Below are positions 35,785 to 38,708 of a stretch of DNA of 38,708 bases, in pieces. Each line of letters begins with the position of its first letter. Position 1 is the first letter of the stretch. This DNA comes from an archaeon. Lineage in GTDB: Archaea > Iainarchaeota > Iainarchaeia > Iainarchaeales > GW2011-AR10. Below the pieces are notes generated by a model. That model made no database searches, was not told the DNA's origin, and worked only from the letters and a program-made list of their open reading frames with translations. The DNA lies in assembly GCA_030651515.1 (NCBI GenBank), contig JAUSEO010000005.1:1-38708 (forward strand). Direction: 5' to 3'. Position numbers and translations under genes: made by a program.

Positions 35785-37254
35785 ATGGCTTTGCGCTTTA
35801 CTTTAACCGACCTCAAAATAGTGCTTGGGGATCTTGGGCAGGTTTTTTACTTGAGTGCCCCAAGCTTTCTTGCCCCAATGCCATTTTCATTATTGTATGG
35901 TGAGCCTCTTCACTTTGTGTTTTCTTATTTCATCGCTGCTGCACTGGTTTTTTTGATTGGGCTTGCACTCAAAAAATTTTTCTCCACAAGTGCGGAAACC
36001 GAGACAAAGCACGCGTTTTTGACTGCAAGCCTATTGTGGCTCTTGTTCACGGCGTTTGCCGCAATGCCGTTTGTTTTAGTCCAAGGCACCAGTTTTGTTG
36101 ACGGTTTTTTTGAATCAATGTCTGCAATAACCACAACTGGCCTGAGCGTGCTTGACAGTGAACTTGACTCTGTCCCAAAAAGCCTGGTTTTTTGGAGGAG
36201 TTTTCTTGGATGGTTTGGGGGAATGGGGATAATAGTCCTTGCACTAATCGGGATAGTTTCAGCTTATTCCACTACGTCAAAACTTTTTTTTGCAGAGGGG
36301 CGCGATGACAGGATAAAACCAAACCTGAAGCACACGGTAAAAGAACTCTGGAAAATCTACCTTGCAATAACCGTGCTTGGAATTGCCGCCCTGCTGGTTG
36401 CAGGCATGGGTTTTTTTGACGCTCTCAATTATGCAATGTCTGCTGTTTCAACGTCTGGTGTAAACACTTCTCCCGACAGGCTTGCAGTGCAGCCAAACCT
36501 GTTGGTGGAAATAATCCTCACCTTGCTTTTGGTGATTGGCTCCACGAACTTTGCACTCCACTATGTTTTCATAAAAAAGAAAAACCCAAAAGTTTACCTG
36601 CAGAGTGCTGAGTTCAAAGCCATGCTTGCGTTTTCCATTATTGGTGGCTTGTTGGTGCTTCCAAAAATTGCATTGTTTGCCCCGGCTTTTTCCGAGGCAA
36701 TACGCATTTCTTTTTTCCACTCTTTTTCTGCACAGCTTGGCGGCTTCATGGCAGTCACGGTTTCTTACCTTGCCGCGTCAGACGATTTTGTCAAACTTGT
36801 TCTTGCAAGCCTCATGGTGGTTGGCGGAAGCAGTGGCAGCACTTCAGGCGGCCTGAAAGTAAGCCGCGTGCTTTTGGTGCTGAAGCAATTTTTGTGGAAA
36901 ATAAAGGAAACCACGCTTGACCGCGGAGCGGTTTTTACAAAAAAATTTGAAGGAACCGAAGTCGAGCCACAGCGCTTGTCTGACGTCAACCACTTTGTCC
37001 TAGTTTACCTGGCAGTCCTTTTGGTTGGGACAATGTTTTTGACAATCCATGGAAACTCTTTGGCTGATTCTTTTCTTGAAGCCTCGTCTGCCCAGGCAAA
37101 CGCGGGCATAAGCTCCGGAATAACGCACAAAGGAATGCCGGTTTCATCCGAAATTTCACTGGTTTTGCTCATGTGGCTTGGCCGCCTTGACATTATTCCC
37201 CTATTTGTAGGGCTTGGACTAGTGTTTTCGGGCCGCAAAGCCAAAGATTTTTAA
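35785..37254 (+). CDS. trkH: TrkH family potassium uptake protein
   Basis: FFESMSA.TTTG.S, WRS...W.GGMGII, GGS.GST.GGLK..R and MWLGRL. Confidence 0.95.
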   Translation: MALRFTLTDLKIVLGDLGQVFYLSAPSFLAPMPFSLLYGEPLHFVFSYFIAAALVFLIGLALKKFFSTSAETETKHAFLTASLLWLLFTAFAAMPFVLVQGTSFVDGFFESMSAITTTGLSVLDSELDSVPKSLVFWRSFLGWFGGMGIIVLALIGIVSAYSTTSKLFFAEGRDDRIKPNLKHTVKELWKIYLAITVLGIAALLVAGMGFFDALNYAMSAVSTSGVNTSPDRLAVQPNLLVEIILTLLLVIGSTNFALHYVFIKKKNPKVYLQSAEFKAMLAFSIIGGLLVLPKIALFAPAFSEAIRISFFHSFSAQLGGFMAVTVSYLAASDDFVKLVLASLMVVGGSSGSTSGGLKVSRVLLVLKQFLWKIKETTLDRGAVFTKKFEGTEVEPQRLSDVNHFVLVYLAVLLVGTMFLTIHGNSLADSFLEASSAQANAGISSGITHKGMPVSSEISLVLLMWLGRLDIIPLFVGLGLVFSGRKAKDF

Positions 37255-37400
37255 CCAAAAAAAGCCTAACTATAGCAAACGGCAAAAATAATTCGGACAA
37301 ACAAAAGCCGTTTGATATCCTGTCAAACCACGTTAAAATACCGGGAAACTTTCCTGGTTTGGCATAGTTAAAACCAGTAAAAAAAAGAGTTGATTTTTGG

Positions 37401-38054
37401 GTGTTCATAATCGTTATCGGTGCTGGGGACATTGGGTATTACCTGGCCCAGCTGTTGCTTGAAGAAGACCACGACGTTGTCGTCATAGACCGGGATGACG
37501 CCGTGTGCAAAAAAGTCTCCGAAGAACTCGACATAGTCGTCAACAAAGGGGACGCGACAGACCCCAAGGTCCTTGAAAAGGCAAACGTGAAGGAAGCAGA
37601 TGCAGTGGTTTCCCTTACAGGCATTGATGAGACAAACATGATTGTAAGCCTCTTGGCAAAAGAATTGGGGGCAAAAAGCGTTGCCACGCGCATTGGCCGC
37701 GTGGAATACGACGAAGGCGTTTTAAAAAAACTTGGAATAGACATCGTGATTCACCCGGAAGCAGCTGCAGCAGGATACATTGCAGAATTAATCACCAAGC
37801 CGGAAGTTTTGGACCTTGCTTTTATTTCGCGCGGCCAGGCAGAAATACTTGAACTCGAAGTCCTGCCGACCAGCAAAGCAGTTGGAAAAAAAATCAGGGA
37901 AATCGAGCACCCGGTCGGCTCTGCAATCGTTGCATTGTTTGAAGGTGACAACATCATTATTCCCGACCCGGAAAAAACCATCGAAGCCGGGATGAAAGTC
38001 CTAGTGCTTACAAAGAACGAGTCAATTGAAAAAGTCAGGAAAATGTTTGCGTGA
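37401..38054 (+). CDS. trkA: TrkA NAD-binding potassium transport regulator
   Basis: GAGDIG, GDATD..VL..A and a C-terminal RCK_C domain. Confidence 0.95.
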   Translation: MFIIVIGAGDIGYYLAQLLLEEDHDVVVIDRDDAVCKKVSEELDIVVNKGDATDPKVLEKANVKEADAVVSLTGIDETNMIVSLLAKELGAKSVATRIGRVEYDEGVLKKLGIDIVIHPEAAAAGYIAELITKPEVLDLAFISRGQAEILELEVLPTSKAVGKKIREIEHPVGSAIVALFEGDNIIIPDPEKTIEAGMKVLVLTKNESIEKVRKMFA

Positions 38055-38210
38055 AAAAAAAATTATTCGCGCTCTTCGTGTTCATGGGGTGGCTGCTCCC
38101 CGGGGCGCAACTTTTTCTTCAAACCAAGCATTTCCAGAATTGTGCGAAAATTACTTCCAAATGACCTGGTTTTTGGCTGTCTTCCATAAGGCATTTTTTT
38201 TCACTTTCCT

Positions 38211-38510
38211 TTAAGCAGCTTTTTTCTTGGGTGCTTCATTTTGTGCAACTGGTTTTTGTGCAAGCATCCTGTGGCCTTCTGAACCAAAATACTGCCTTTT
38301 CAACGTTGGTTTTTTTGGTCTTGACAGGATTCTGATTCCTTTTCCTGCTGCGTGCGCTCCAAGTGTTCTGTGCCGTGCCCTTGCATGGCCCGCGGTTTTT
38401 TTCCGCTGGCCAGTTAAAAGAGCTCTTCTTGCATCCTCTGCAGCTCTTTGCTCAGGCGTAGTTGTAAGCCTTCTTACAAACTTTGTTCTCCACAATCTTC
38501 CAAGTGGCAT
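38211..38510 (-). CDS. Basic hypothetical protein
   Basis: Arg/Lys-rich ORF with GAGG SD and a TATA-like TTTAAATA upstream. Confidence 0.55.
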   Translation of the reverse strand: MPLGRLWRTKFVRRLTTTPEQRAAEDARRALLTGQRKKTAGHARARHRTLGAHAAGKGIRILSRPKKPTLKRQYFGSEGHRMLAQKPVAQNEAPKKKAA

Positions 38511-38569
38511 CAAAAAAACCTCTTAAGTAAAAGAACATTTTTCGCGTATTTAAACTAAATGGTACGCCC

Positions 38570-38708
38570 GGCTCTGTTGAAAAAGTCTTATTTATGAGTT
38601 TGAACTACCACCCGTAGGTGGGGGATAAAACCAGTTGAGGTGGTTTAACCCAAAATGAAAGAAGTCAAACTAGTAATTAAAGTTAAGCGATTGTTGAAAA
38701 GAGGAAAA
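38570..38708 (+). mobile_element. Left end of a second IS5-family element (partial)
   Basis: TIR-like GGCTCTGTTGAAAA, whose first 8 nt match the IS at 22848, followed by a transposase-like start. Confidence 0.7.
38655..38708 (+). CDS. Transposase N-terminus (3' partial)
   Basis: MKEVKLVIKVKRLLKRGK after a GAGGTGG SD, resembling archaeal IS5 transposase N-termini. Confidence 0.65.
   Translation, partial: MKEVKLVIKVKRLLKRGK

Overview
This is an archaeal window, most likely from a DPANN genome (Iainarchaeota/Diapherotrites-like). That placement is inferred from the BHB tRNA introns, TATA/BRE promoters, GGTGA/GGAGG SD motifs and gene content. The backbone carries a complete A-type ATP synthase operon (H-I-K-E-C-F-A-B-D, then DUF2666), hisS, a divergent rpiA, Trk, CPA2 and Ca/Na transporters, two MsrQ-like proteins and several lipoproteins. 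Seven tRNA genes lie on the minus strand: Tyr-GTA, Thr-TGT and Thr-GGT with introns, plus Glu-CTC, Met-CAT, His-GTG and Leu-CAG. Accessory DNA sits at tRNA 3' ends. It comprises an AT-rich stress-gene island after tRNA-Tyr, a cassette-like array after tRNA-Glu and a small island after tRNA-Thr(GGT). There is one complete IS5-family element and the start of a second. The most unusual signals are four: (1) integrase-free gene arrays punctuated by decayed tRNA 3' ends and a conserved hairpin-plus-promoter repeat; (2) a covarying structured RNA directly abutting the 5' ends of tRNA-Tyr and tRNA-Met; (3) three toxin genes that all lack ATG starts; and (4) an orphan tRNA 5' half fused onto the opposite-strand tRNA-Leu. 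All calls were made by eye and no searches were run.
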